Source of the DNA: the human T2T-CHM13v2.0 reference genome, Homo sapiens
NCBI RefSeq assembly: GCF_009914755.1
Contig: NC_060935.1
DNA: 64,000 bases
Reading direction: 5' to 3' (one strand)
The position numbers were made by a program, and so were the translations under genes. The stretch's first letter is position 1. Each line of letters starts with the position of its first letter. Positions 1 to 13,719 of the stretch are shown piece after piece. Under the pieces are notes generated by a model. It worked only from the letters and a program-made list of their open reading frames with translations. It did not search any database and was not told the DNA's origin.

Positions 1-285
1 AAGAAAGCCACAGAAGAACTCTGTGTCGGCATTGGCTCTCAGGGTAGAGAAAAAAATGTACCTGAGAATTTGTAACTATAGGCCATACCTCAAGGAGGTT
101 TGGAATTTGAAACTATGCTGTGTAGTTTGTGAAACCTCAAGCATAAAATGTCCTAAAAGTGATCTTGGGTTGGTGGTGCCTTAGGATTCCTGGTAGTAGT
201 GGAAATGTAAATTTGCTTTAGAGAAACTAAGTCATCAAGAATGAGAAGAACACAAATTGCAGAATTAGATACCAGAGACTTCATA

Positions 286-850
<565 letters not shown>

Positions 851-966
851 TTATTACATAGAATATAAGAATATTAGAAATGTTTAAAAAATAAAAAGTG
901 AAATAAAAATATGAGACTGGAATATGATTATATAAGTGGTTCAAAGTATTTGAAAAGAACCATATG

Positions 967-1955
967 CAGTGTGTTGCATAACATTTCAGTCATGGACCAC
1001 ACATACAATGGCAGTCCCATAAAAGCATCATGGAGGTAAAAAAATTCCTAATGCCTAATATTTACTATACTATACTTTTTATTGTTGTTTTAGAGTGTGC
1101 TCCTTCTACTCATATATGTATTATAAATAGCTTCAGGAAGGTCCTTCAGAAGCTACCCCAGAAGAAGGCATTGTTATCACAGGAGATTACAGTTATTGAT
1201 CCTGAACACCTTCCACTGAAACAACATGTAGAGGTGGGAGATGGTGATATCAATTATCTTGGCACTGTGTAGGCCTAGGCTGATGTGCCCACTTATGCCT
1301 TAGTTTCTCACAAAAAAAATTTAAGAAGTAAAAAATTTTTAAATAGAAAAAGGCTTATAAAGATACAAAAAAATTTTTGTTTAACTGTGCAAAGTGTTTG
1401 TGTTTTAAACTAAGTGTTTATTACAAAAAGTCAAACAAGTTAAAATGTTTATGAAGTAAAAAAGTTACAGTAAGCCAAGGTTAATTTATTGAAGAAAACA
1501 TTACAAAAGAAATTTAGCCAAGCCTAATTGTACAGTGATCATAAAGTTTACAGTAGTGTACAGTAATGTCCTAGGCCTTCACATTTACTCGCGACTCATT
1601 CACTAACTCACCCAGAGCCATCCGGTCCTGTAAACTCCATTCATGGTAAGTGCCCTATATAGATATACTAGATTTTATCTTTTGTACCATATTTTTCCTA
1701 TACCTTTTCTATGTTGAGATAAGTTTAAATATATAAATACTTACCATTGTGTTACAACTGCTGATAGTATACAGTACAATAATATACTGTACAGGTTTAT
1801 AGCCTAGGAGCAGTAGGCTGTACCATATAGCCTAAGTGTGTAGTAGGCTATGCCATCTAGGTTTGTGTAAGTACACTCTATGATGTTTGTACAACAAAAC
1901 TGCCTAAAGACATATTTCTTAGAATGTATCCCTATCATTAAATGACGTAAAACTA
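967..1955 (+). mobile_element. Tigger3b-like (TcMar-Tigger) non-autonomous DNA transposon
   Basis: Ends resemble Tigger3 TIRs (CAGT..GCATAAC.. / ..CATTAAATGACGTAAAACTA); internal Tigger3 text such as CACTAACTCACCCAGAGC and GTAGTAGGCTATGCCATCTAGGTTTGTGTAAGTACACTCTATG. Confidence 0.85.
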
Positions 1956-3974
1956 TGTCGAACTTCCAGAAATAAAATAGTTAAAAAACCACCCCAAACC
2001 AAACAAGTATACAAACAAAGAACCAAATAAAAAAACTCTATATTTTTGTGAAGGAGCAGAGTAGTTTTAAGTGAAAGGATTATTAGTGAATTGGAAAATA
2101 TGTCTGAAGAAGTTATACAGAGTGCATTACAGATAAACAAAAACAAAGATGAAAAAGTTAAGGAACACGAAGAACAGAAAAAGAAAGGCTAACATATGTT
2201 TAACAGTAGTCACAGAGAAGAGAATAAAGAGAATTTGGGAGAGGCAATATGGTATTGTTTTACAGTTGAGAATGGTCCAGAACTAATTAAAAATAAATCA
2301 GAGTTAGAAAACAAAAGGATTCTAAGTTAATGAATAAAATATGTACCCAGATATATCATGAAGAATATGTATAACATTAAAAACTAACAGGAAATCTTAA
2401 AAGTAGCCAGAGGGGGAGAAAATAAAAGAGCAAAAGAATAACTAGACAGATGGTGAACTTAACAAGAATGGATGCCAGAAGAGGATATTTCAGAATTGAG
2501 AGAAAATAGTGAATCTAGAATTGTGTAATCAACAAAGCTATCTTTAAATGAGAGTTAAATAATGATTTTTAAAAATAGACAAGAAAGAGAGTGACTACCA
2601 ATAGCCCTTTCCTAGAGAAATGTAAAGGATGTGCTTTAAGTGAAGGAGAGCAATCCCAGAGGGAATATTTGAAATGCAGGACATAATGACAAGCCAGCCA
2701 ATTACTATACCTGTGTGTGAAAGGCTAATTGGTCATACATATGGAAAACAATGAAATTGGATCCCTAGTTCACTTGCAGTACGAAAGTCAACTGTAGATA
2801 GATTAAAAATTCAAATGCAAAAAGGTAAACTTTATGCCTTTGGAGAAAATGAAGATTTTTTTTTTAACCCCAGTGTTTGAAAGATTAACCTAGACATATG
2901 CATAAATCAGAGGGAAAATTTGACTCCATTTAATTTAAAAAACCCTTATCGAAAGAGAACATTGAAAGCCATAAGACAATTACCTAGAAAATAAAGAGGC
3001 TTAAAAAAATCAAATTATTGAACGACTCCATAATACACAGCGAATAACATGAACAAGCAATTCTCAGGAGACATATGAAGAAAAATAAAAATATGCTAAA
3101 CTTCAATGGTAAACAGAATGAAGAAAATTAAAACTACTTTGAGATATATTTTATCTACCAGATGGCTCAAAGGTAAAAAGTCTTACAATTCTAAGTGTTG
3201 GTGAAAATATGGAGTAACAAGAACTCATATGCAGAAATTAAATTCTGAGGCATATACCCTAGACTGAGAAATTCTAACTGATATGCAATGAGTCACATAC
3301 AAGGGTGTCAGCAACAAACAAAACCCATCACTTAAAACACAAAAAAGCTATAAGAGCAATTGAAATGACCTTTAAAATAATGAACAAATCAATGACAATA
3401 TATTTGATCAATGAAATAATATGTAGTAACAAAATGAAGTAAAAATGTACTATAGTTATACTCACTGGTATAAATGATTGTTACAAATGTTGATTAAAAA
3501 AAGCTGCAGTAGAATATTATGTATGAAACTATGTATGCATAAACACACAAACATATGTTTTAGGGAAAATACAAAAACATCTACAGACAAATTATCCAAA
3601 TAAGATTTACTATGGTTTCTGGATATAAGATCAACACATAAAAACCAACTTTATTCCTATATACCACCAAAAGAAAGTATAGCACAATAAAGTACCATTT
3701 CCAATTTATTATAACAAAAAATAAATAAAGTACCTACATATACACACATGTAGCAATTATATTAATAGATAAGTGGATATTATCAATCCCAAATATAGGA
3801 TAGCACTTTCCTCTAAATGAGAGAATAGGAAATGCCATCAGGGAAGGAAACAGAAGGCTTCAACTGTATTGGTAATGTTTTATTTCTTAAAGGGAGGGGT
3901 ATTTATTATTCATTACTATATATTTTTATATCTTTAATATTGCAAAATACATATTATTTAAAATCCTCAAAAAT

Positions 3975-4060
3975 ATGAGCTCAAGTCTAATATTTAAGCC
4001 AGCTTCCTATTCTGAGGCCCGGTTCCCCACGAAGCCACAGAAGGAGGTGAAATTAAGAAA
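3975..4060 (+). pseudogene. Candidate exon E0 of a decayed multi-exon gene (MSSSLIFKPASYSEARFPTKPQKEVKLR)
   Basis: ATG 3975 (or weak acceptor at 4002), open frame, donor AA|GTAAGG at 4061; phase-2 exit matches E1 entry. Confidence 0.35.
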
Positions 4061-4414
4061 GTAAGGTACAGTCTGGAGACAGAAGCAGAAGTCAGAGGTT
4101 CCAGGTGATATCTTTTTGGATTGTTGAGGTTTTCTCTGTGAAGTCACATTTTTATTTAAAACATCTTCCACTTCTCAAGACTTTTTTTTTTTTTTTTTAA
4201 GAAAATCTTCCCATCCGCAGAAGAAACATTTTCTTTCCTCGAGTTATCTTCTGGGTTCCTGTTGTTTTCTTATATTCCATAACTTCCTATTTGAATTACA
4301 TTATTTGTATATGTGCCTTTTCTCCTCTATTCCTCTCCCCCAGTGTGAAGTCTATACTCCATGAAGCACAGCGTAGTTTGCTCTCAGAACTCACCAGCCG
4401 AAAGAAAGGGACAG

Positions 4415-4650
4415 GTGGTGTGAGAAGAATACAGGCTATGGGAGTTAGGTAGAACTAGATTCAAATTGCATTTCTAGCTTCTAGTAGCTGGGCTGCTCCA
4501 GGGGAGTGACTTCACCTCTGAAAGCTTCATTTCCTCAATTGAGAACTAGAAATATTAATAGCTAACATCTCAGGAAGTTGTGTGGTGAGGAGAAGTGTTA
4601 ATTACAGTACCTGACCCAGAGCAGGCCTACCCGATAAACATCAGTTCCTT
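4415..4650 (+). mobile_element. MIR SINE
   Basis: MIR core GTGACTTCACCTCTGAAAGCTTCATTTCCTCA and a MIR-like tail. Confidence 0.75.
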
Positions 4651-4669
4651 TGCCCCTTTATTTTCTTAG

Positions 4670-4756
4670 TTTGAAAGGTCTGGAAGTGTCTGCAGTAGAG
4701 TTATATCAATGCCAATGCTATGGAAAATTCAGGTTTAATGGTAATCTATATACATG
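4670..4756 (+). pseudogene. Candidate exon E1 (LKGLEVSAVELYQCQCYGKFRFNGNLYT)
   Basis: Acceptor CCCCTTTATTTTCTTAG|, donor TG|GTAAGC, 87 nt, stop-free in the phase 2-2 frame, contains YxxxxFxG. Confidence 0.6.
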
Positions 4757-5269
4757 GTAAGCCTAATTGCTTTTGAATAAGCAGTCATTTTACTAGGAAT
4801 GTAATGTGGGTTTATAGATGATAATTTAATGCACTGAGCACTCACACTTAGAAGCCTGGTAGGACCCTGATGAAGGCTGATATTCAGGAACTGGTAAAAT
4901 TCAGTCTGTGAATGTTCCCAAGGACATCGGGACACTTCCCTTGTGTCTGTTCCTATAGGACAGAAATCAAATGCATTCTTGGATCGTAAGACCAATTTCT
5001 TGCCTCTGCAGTGTCATTCATTCTCAAAATAAGCCTTAATTAATATGAAAGCTAAACACCTCTCTACCATTCTCAACACACACAACAATATTTTTTAAAT
5101 TTGAAGGCTTTCCTATGTTTCACTAAAGATGTGAAAGTGTTCATCCTTTAGATTATACACTTATAACTCAGGTAAACATGTCTTTCTTGCTAGAGGGTAC
5201 ATGGAACATCATATATTTCAGTAATGTCACACCTGTCATTGGCATTACATATTAATCAAATAGGACAAG

Positions 5270-5680
5270 CTTTCTCTTTCCTCATCAGGACGACTGTCCA
5301 GGGATTTGAAGATGCTGTCCAGTCCTCCTTGAACTTTTAATTGTCCAGGCAAAATCTGCCTTATTTTTTCAACTACTGTTCAAGATAAAGTTTTTTATCT
5401 TAAAAAGTGATGAAAAAAGAATATTTTCAAAGATGTCATCAGAAAATAAACATTCTAGATGTATTTAGAACAAAAACTGATAGAACAGGATTATCGCCTC
5501 CCTTATTTGTACTAAAGTCCAGTTAATGGAGCTTAAATGTACCTTAGAGTCTTTGATGACATTGCTTCATTTCTCACTAATTAACAGGCTTGCCAGGAAC
5601 TAAATGCCAAAAGTCTTCTCCACACAACCTGTTCCTGCACTGTGTCTGCTCATCCTGTACTTGCATGATTCATTATCTGG
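5270..5680 (-). mobile_element. L3/CR1-like remnant
   Basis: Resemblance to antisense CR1 3' sequence (e.g. CATCCTGTACTTGCATGATT); heavily decayed. Confidence 0.4.
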
Positions 5681-5684
5681 ACAA

Positions 5685-6010
5685 GTATTTGTTAAGTGCT
5701 CACACTGTGCCAGGTACTGTGCTGGCTGCAGGAGATACAATCAAGATATAGCTCCAATGTTTAAGGTGTTTTCAGTCTAGGAAAGGGCAATAAGCAATTA
5801 AACACAGTACGATAACATTCTATGGTAAGTATGTGAAGAGATTTCCAGAGGAAAGGACTAAACCCAAATTTAGAAAATCGAATAAGACTTCCCAGGTGAA
5901 GTGATGTTTAAAAATAAATAGGGAGTATCTAGGCTAGGAGAGGAGTCAAAGCAGAGAGAGTCTCAGAAGTCATATAGCACCACATCCACCATAATCTATT
6001 AGATGAGAAA
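5685..6010 (-). mobile_element. L2 fragment; donor of the duplicate at 286-850
   Basis: Antisense L2 3' end TATTTGTTAAGTGCTCACACTGTGCCAGGTACTGTGCT is continuous with the duplicated text. Confidence 0.7.
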
Positions 6011-7308
6011 GTCACTAGGTCCACACAAGGACAAGGTGAGATGCCACAGGTGCCATCTCTTCATGGAATATTGGCAAGGGTCTAGAAGAGCAGGCATTTG
6101 GAAAATATAGTTTGCCATATAAGCAATGTGGTATGGTTCAAGTACAGAATATGGGAGATTGGGAAAAGGTCAGAGACAGGACCAAAAGTAAGCTTCAACT
6201 TGTTAGGTTTGTGTTTTTGCTCTAATCCCCATTTTCCCTGGCACTGTGTTTTCTGCCAAGGCTTTAGCAGCAACCTAGAGAAATGATTCTTTAACATATT
6301 GGGAAATGTGCCATTATGTATAAGACACAGAATGCCTTAATCTGTTAAAGATTACCAGCTAAGAGATAGGAATATTTATTGGCAGGGGAGAATCAATAGG
6401 CCTGGTGGATCATGTTTGTGACAGGGAATCCAAAGCACAAAGTTTAAAGACCCTACTCTGGGACCTTGGACAAGCTCTAAAACCTCTTTAAGATTTCCTT
6501 CCCTCATCTATAAAATGTGGATAGTAATTGTACTGAATTGCTATAAAGAAAAAAATCAAATAACGCTGTAATGTAAGATATTATTAGTGATTTGCATATT
6601 ACATCAACCACAGGAAAGTAAGCTCAATGAGGGCAGAATTTTTATCTCTTTTATCTTAGGGTCCCCAGTACCGATAACAACTTTCAGATCATAGAAGAGG
6701 CTCAAGTAGTTGTCAGAAGAAAACTTGTCAAATGAAGGATTGAATGGATTGCTCTACAACTGCACATAAGCCAAAGACTCCGTATGTGGGTGGAGTGTGG
6801 TGTGGTCAGAAGTGGTTGGTGACAGGGTGGATTACTAGAAGTGAATCAGGTGCACAGACTCATCAAATTGGGCTCTCAGAAACTTTATGATCAAACTCTA
6901 TATAATCACATTTTAAAAAATGTGAGACCCTGAAGTCCAAGGACATGGTTCTGATCAGCTTGGGAGTCCCACAGATGGGAAACATTAGAACTGGGAGTAG
7001 AACTAGGTCCTTATGATTCTCATGGGGTGTGCGTGAAGAGTGCCGTGTTTTCTCTGATATGCACTGGTGCCATAGTTATGATTCTGAATGTTGTTCATCC
7101 CTACCTCAGTCTGGAGATCCACTGATTTAGCTGGTCCAAAATCTAAAGATAGAAATATTATTTACATGGAAATCTTTGTAAGGTAGAATCACATTTATTA
7201 TTATATAAGTCTTCTCATTTACATATACAATGTTTTTGAATATTCATTGCCTTCTGCTACCTGGAGGCACTTCTCTAGTCCCCATCTGTGTCCCCTCCAT
7301 CAATACAG

Positions 7309-7556
7309 TCGGTGTTATGATGGGGACTGCCTACAGAGAACTCTGAGCGAAAGCTTGGGAGAGCCTTCATTGATGAGGTCCAATAGCGGAGGTTAAAGGA
7401 CAGTGTTAGAGTCTATCAATGCTTACTGGGGGCTTTATTCTTTGTTGCAATGAAAATTTACAGAACTGTGAGAAAGACATTAGAAAGGCAGAAGCTATTT
7501 GTCTGAAGTTTGTTTAAGGAATAGAAAATGACAAAGGTTGGGGACCTACTTGTGAA
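7309..7556 (+). pseudogene. Candidate exon E2 (RCYDGDCL...DSVRVYQC...GFILCCNENLQNCEKDIRKAEAICLKFV*GIENDKGWGPTCE)
   Basis: Acceptor TCCCCTCCATCAATACAG|, donor GAA|GTAAGT; needs a net frameshift (two 1-nt losses in G-runs, or one gain) and carries stops at 7384 and 7515. Confidence 0.55.
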
Positions 7557-7660
7557 GTAAGTGTGCTGAATCTCATTTGATAGATAGGAAACTCACGCTC
7601 AGACAGCATTTCTATTGGACCAGATTTCCAGGCCGTAGCAACATAACGGGCTGTCTAGAG

Positions 7661-7825
7661 TAGTGATGCTCAGCCTTGGTTGCATATTATAATGACTTGA
7701 GGGACTTGAAAAATACTGGGGGGGTTCCACCCCCAGAAATATGGACTTAATTTAGGATAAGACCTATGTCCTGGAATTTTATAAACCTCCTACAAGATTC
7801 TAATATGCAATGTTGAGAACTATTG
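7661..7825. mobile_element. MER5A-family hAT-Charlie MITE
   Basis: (C/T)AGTG..TCA start and TTGAGAACTATTG end; flanked by GTCTAGAG (7653-7660) and GTCTAGAC (7826-7833). Confidence 0.8.
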
Positions 7826-7833
7826 GTCTAGAC

Positions 7834-8389
<556 letters not shown>

Positions 8390-8809
8390 GTCTAGACACT
8401 AAAGCCATCAATCATGAATTGAAAGGGAGTATAATATTTAAGGTCAGGGGATGTTATTTGTGGAAGGATAATTGGGTTGGTTGGGGAAAACAATTAAAGG
8501 TGAAATAATATTACTCCCAAAAGCCAATTTCTAAAAGCATGCATAATATAAAATTCTATTTTTTCCATTAGATAGTTAATTTTATATTTTTGGAAAAGTC
8601 CCCAGTGACTAATAAGGCTTTTAAACACTGGTGCTACCTTCTGTTCAAATGTTTTTGTATAGATATGTAAACACACACCCACTTTTATAGCCGATATCTT
8701 CAGAGTATTTTACACAAAAGATTCATGGTTCACATCATATTTCTGCTCATGTATTTGGAGTAAATACTGGGGCGTGCATGCTCATAATCTGTTACCATTA
8801 TTTTTTCAG

Positions 8810-8871
8810 ACTGTTACCTTTGACAAAAAATAATATTGTAGGAGCAGCCAGGGATTTTGCCTTCCTCAGTG
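8810..8871 (+). pseudogene. Candidate exon E3 (TVTFDK/NNIVGAARDFAFLS)
   Basis: Acceptor TTATTTTTTCAG|, donor GTG|GTGAGG; phase-0 entry matches E2; removing one A from the A6 run at 8825-8830 opens the frame and gives the phase-1 exit E4 needs. Confidence 0.6.
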
Positions 8872-9961
8872 GTGAGGGAAATGCTTTGCAGCTAACAGTA
8901 TACTTCTGAGTTTTCCCATTTGACTTAACTGTTGACACGTCTATGGTACTGCCCAAATTGGGTCATAGCCCCTGGTTTTTCTTTGGCAAAGTTATGACAT
9001 TGTTTAGGCTTTCCCAGTGCTGCTCAATTACAGAACCCAAGGTCCAGCCAGGTCTGGTCAGGGCAGGGAGTACATAGTAGGGCCAGAACAAATGGCAGGA
9101 GGTCTGGGATTGGTTGGGTTGCCAAGTGGTCCTATGAAAGCAAGGTGGGAGGGAAGAGCCAGGCACTTGTGTTCATAGCCTTAGCTTTCCATCACTCCAT
9201 ATCTTGATGGTCTGGTCTGCATGGTGGGGCTTGTGCCTCAGTATCCTGTTAGCTGCTACTGCTGTCTCTGCTTCCAAGGTCTTCACCACTCATGACACTT
9301 TACTCCCCCAGCCTCCCTAGTTCCTAATAGAATTGGCATTGGGATTTGGTTCTAAACTCCAACCCAGCTGCCTGGGCCAGATAATGATGATAATAATGTT
9401 AATGATTAATCATAATAATTCTATTAACTGATACATTGAGAGCTGTTTATGAAATCCTTCATCAAAGTATTTACATGTATTATTTGGGGCAGTAACAGAA
9501 TATAGTCTCTTGTGAGAGGATACTTCAGGTTATACTTAAAGTGTATACATCCTGTTAATATATATAAGTATTCCCTGCACTCCTTATCACTGTCTGGAAA
9601 CTTGCTTTGAAATGATTCCCATAGGATTTTCCTGTTGCTACTCATACACCTTATCCTGGACAACAACAGTTGAACTAAACACCCTTGACCTTTGGTGAGG
9701 ACTGGCATTAAATCCAGTTTTAAACTCCCCTTTGGATACTATAGAATACAAAATACCACTTGCTTCAGGGTATCTGAAATGCAGGATCAGACCCAGCCCA
9801 GGTCTGGCCCTTTCAACTTCTCATTGACTTGCATGAGGCCGTTAACATGTTTCATGCCTGTGCCTATTAGCATAGAGGACACCAACATGAGAAAGAATCA
9901 CCTACCACCCTGGATGCGTTTAGACTCTTACCTGGTTGATAGATGTATAATTATATCGTCC

Positions 9962-10190
9962 TTACCACCACCACCACTATCACCCCCATCTCGGACGTCA
10001 CCACTATCACCCCTATCTCAGCCACCACACCACTGCTACCACCACCATTCCCAGTGCCAACAAAACTGGCACCATCACTACCAACACCATTGTCACCTTC
10101 AGCACTCCCAACCCATCATCACTGCCCCCACCACCCAATGCTGCCACCGCCCATCCATACCGCAGCCACAGCCACTAATCACTATCATTG
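9962..10190. repeat. Degenerate (CAC/CAT)n low-complexity tract
   Basis: Runs of ACC/CAC/CAT triplets, which explain the Pro/His/Thr-rich ORFs. Confidence 0.85.
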
Positions 10191-10194
10191 CAGG

Positions 10195-10660
10195 TCTACT
10201 CTTTGTTAGGTACTAGGTAGTTTACATGTACTCCATATAAAGCTTACAACAACTCTCAAGATAGGTAACAGAGGCTTTAATTTACAAATGAGGAAATTAA
10301 TGTTTAAAGCAGGAAGGTGATTTACCTATGACCACACAGCTAATAAAGGGAGAGCTGGCACTTAAATCCAGCTCTGTTGGGCTCCAGTGCGCATACTCTT
10401 TCCATAATACTAATTCACATCTAAGTCCTTTCTCTGTTTGAGACACTGTTCTAAGTAGGTGGATTAACTCATTTAATCCTAAAAACAACCATGAAAAGTA
10501 GGTACTAGTATTATTCTCCCAGATAGCAAGGCCAATAAAGCAAAGTAAGGAATAGTCAAGTCACTTGGCAAAGGTCATGGGGCTGGTATTTTATGAGGTT
10601 TCCAGGGTAGACTGTGAGACCTCAGGCCAGTGTTCCTAACCTAGCTCTGAACTGCCTTTT
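10195..10660 (-). mobile_element. Two tandem MIR elements
   Basis: Antisense MIR text TTTACAAATGAGGAAA...ACCACACAGCT and TTAACTCATTTAATCCT. Confidence 0.7.
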
Positions 10661-12127
10661 ATAGACATTGCCAGAAAGCTTACCAACACCACCAGGTGGC
10701 TTATGCTAGAGAAGAGGGCAATAATAAGGCAGAAATCAGATTAACACATAGAGTTGGGGAAGCCGGAGTAGACCCCTTTGAGCTAAATATTCCCAGGTAC
10801 ATACCTATCCAGCAGAGAAGCCCCTGCCAGCAGTGTGGCTTTGTAAGCTGAAAAAAGACTAAATATTGAATAAAGGTTCCTGAATAAAGATGTTTACTTC
10901 CCTTCATGGCTATCAGTTTGCCCAGCTTTAGATTTTACTTCTTGCATTCTAAGCAAGAAAACACCCTTAAAAAAGCAATTTCTTTGTCATGTTTTTAAAA
11001 CAGATAAAATCTAGTTTTCATTTTACCATCTTATGAAATTTATGTTTTCTATTACCACTAAAAGTAGCATGGGGCCAGTCAGACACATTGTTTTAGAATC
11101 ATAATCTGAATTTTGAGGATTCGTTCTGAGGTTGAGCCTTTATAGTTAAGGGTCAAACAAGCTGCTGGTAAAGTTAAAAAATTATATTTATTAGAGAAGT
11201 TAGTAAAGAGGATATTCTTTTCACAAAAGATATTTTCCAAGACACTCTCCAACTGAAGACATTGTTTTTGCCTTGACTGTTGACTCAATGCCTCATAGAA
11301 CATCAACACGAGGGGGGCAGTGAGCCTTTGAGACTTTAAGTCCATATGATCTTATCTAAACTAGATGACTTCAACATTTTTCAAATAGGGATAATAGTGG
11401 CATTTAACTCATAGAGTTGAAAGTAAGTGAATGAACAGTACTTTGAAATTTTTTAAAGACATGGATACTGAGGCCCAGAGAGGCCAACCTCTGAAAGCCA
11501 CCCAGTGAGCTGGTGTCAGGAAAGCACCATGACTCAGATGCTTTAACTTCTAGCTCATTGTTCCTGTACTGAGTAATTCCACCTGTTTCTTTAGGAATAA
11601 TAGGGCACCTGAGACTGACTTCAAAGCATCAGGCCACAGCCTAGATCCCATCGAGTCCAAGGTGACTAAGGTGGAGAGGCAGAGATTAAAATGCTCATCA
11701 GTCCACTCAAGCCTTCCCAGTGCCCATTACCCTCCCAAGGGCATTTTACTATCTCTGGTCCCATGACAGTTCCACACTGTTAAAGGTGTTGCTGAAGCTA
11801 CAGTTATTATAGTTATTAACATTTTATGAGCTTGTTACTCACCCCTTAAGCTTCTTAATATAAAGTGGTACATTTTAAAAGCACAGCACATTCCTAATTG
11901 ATTCTGATATAAAAAGATTGCTGGACTCCTTGGATTTCTGTCTTTGCTTCTGAGTCTATGGTGCATTAAGGAGGACAATACAGATTTACGGAGTTAGAAG
12001 TAGTACAAGACAGCTCAAATTTTTTTCTTGCTGGAGATTGTACAATTTTGTTTATTTCAATGGACTTTTATTTCTACTGTCGTGAATGAGGATTATTGTT
12101 TAACCTCTGGATTTTTTTTCCTTGTAG

Positions 12128-12182
12128 ATGCATTATCTAATGTCTACATCTAAGGGGCCCCGAATTGCTACATTATGCAACG
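12128..12182 (+). pseudogene. Candidate exon E4 (DALSNVYI*GAPNCYIMQR)
   Basis: Acceptor TTTTTTTTCCTTGTAG|, donor CG|GTAACT, 55 nt, phase 1-2, one TAA at 12151-12153. Confidence 0.6.
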
Positions 12183-13719
12183 GTAACTCATATTTGGACT
12201 TGGGCTCTTCAGACTGTAACTTTAACCTATGGAAGTTTTGTCAATGATTTATCTCACCCTTTGCAAAATAAGTATCTTTATTTTGAAAAAGGCTCTGGCC
12301 CCAAATTTGGAAAGCCTATGCCCTAGTCCTGTGTGACATCCTCAGCCTCCTGCCTCTGATTTGTAAGATGAAAACCATAGCCTTTGCCCTGCATGGCTCA
12401 AACGATGAATTTTAGTGGCCACATGAAGATTGGAACTTAGATTCCTTTACCTTCTCACATTTAATGAAAATAGTATTCAGAAACAGGTTCATAAAACTGC
12501 TTTAAGAATGGCAAAGGAATATACAAACAAAAGAGATTATTGTTGTTATCATTCACTGGGCAATTTACTGAATTTCCTCTTATATTACAAAATGTTTGAA
12601 GTTCAACTGAAACTAAAATGATTTCTTAAAATTAGAAAATGATGATTGTCCTTGTGACTATCACTTGGTTGAGTATAAATTTTATATTATTTTAGACTAT
12701 AGGATGGGGTAGGATAACCCATGTTCTTCAGAGGATAAAGATATGAATACAATTTGCACCTGGGCTGAGAGTTTGACCCCATCTCTTCTCCGAAGGAGAT
12801 TCCTATTCTCCTTTTCTCAGTTTCTTGCCCTGGATGGGGATAAAACTTGTATCCAAACAGGAAAAATATTAAAGATGGGAGTTTCCACTTCTCCATGACA
12901 ATGTTATGATGAAAATACCTGACAGATTGTTTCTGAAGTACTTGCATCACTTTAGAAGTAAATACATATATCAATCATTATGCTAAGAATGGATCTTCTT
13001 TCATTTTCTCCTCCCACAAATATTTACCAAATATCCCACATTATGTCAAGTCCTGTGCTGGGCACAGATTTCCCGACTCATGGTTCTCCCAGTTTAGCTG
13101 AGGATCTCCCATCACAGTACATGCAGATAAGTTTGTATTATAAGAGGCAAAACTAGAACCAAAAGAGTAAAGGCAGCGTCACTGCCATCTAGGTGGAGGA
13201 GGGGACATTTGAATTGTCTTGAGGGATGAATACGAACCACCCAGATGTAGGAGAGATGGGTGACGGGTTTGCTACAGAGAGAAGAGGGTGTCCAGAGGCA
13301 GCATGTTGCATAAAAACATAACACAGACTATAAAGGACAAGCTCTTTGATGTTCATGGAACAACAGAGTTGGTCTAGTTGGGTATCCTGCAGTGATAACA
13401 CTTCAGGATTAGCTAAGGACCAGGTCTCTGAAGGTATGGGAGAATAACATTACTGCAGAAAGATCCACTGTCACATCTGTTTGGGGCTGGGGGGTGGGTA
13501 TCTGGATTCCATACATGGAAGAACCAGTGATAATTATAGGATCTTAATTTTACAAATTCTTTAATTTCTTTACTAATAAAATGGTAATGATTCTATCTCC
13601 CATATAGGGTGGTTTCAAGGATTTGGTCTTTGTAAAGGGCTGCATATAGAGCAGGCATTGAAGGTCATTCCCTCCAGTGCTCTAGATATCAACCCTTCTC
13701 CTTATCTCAAGGTCTTTAC

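Noticed and set aside
4670-4756. Alternative E1 frame containing a PTP-like SYINAN
   Set aside because: It needs two stops in E1 and four more in E2, and no other phosphatase motif is present; the stop-free frame is preferred.
9692-10216. 174-aa and 88-aa Pro/His/Thr-rich ORFs
   Set aside because: They are produced by a (CAC/CAT)n low-complexity tract that lacks stops; non-ATG or weak starts and no splice context.
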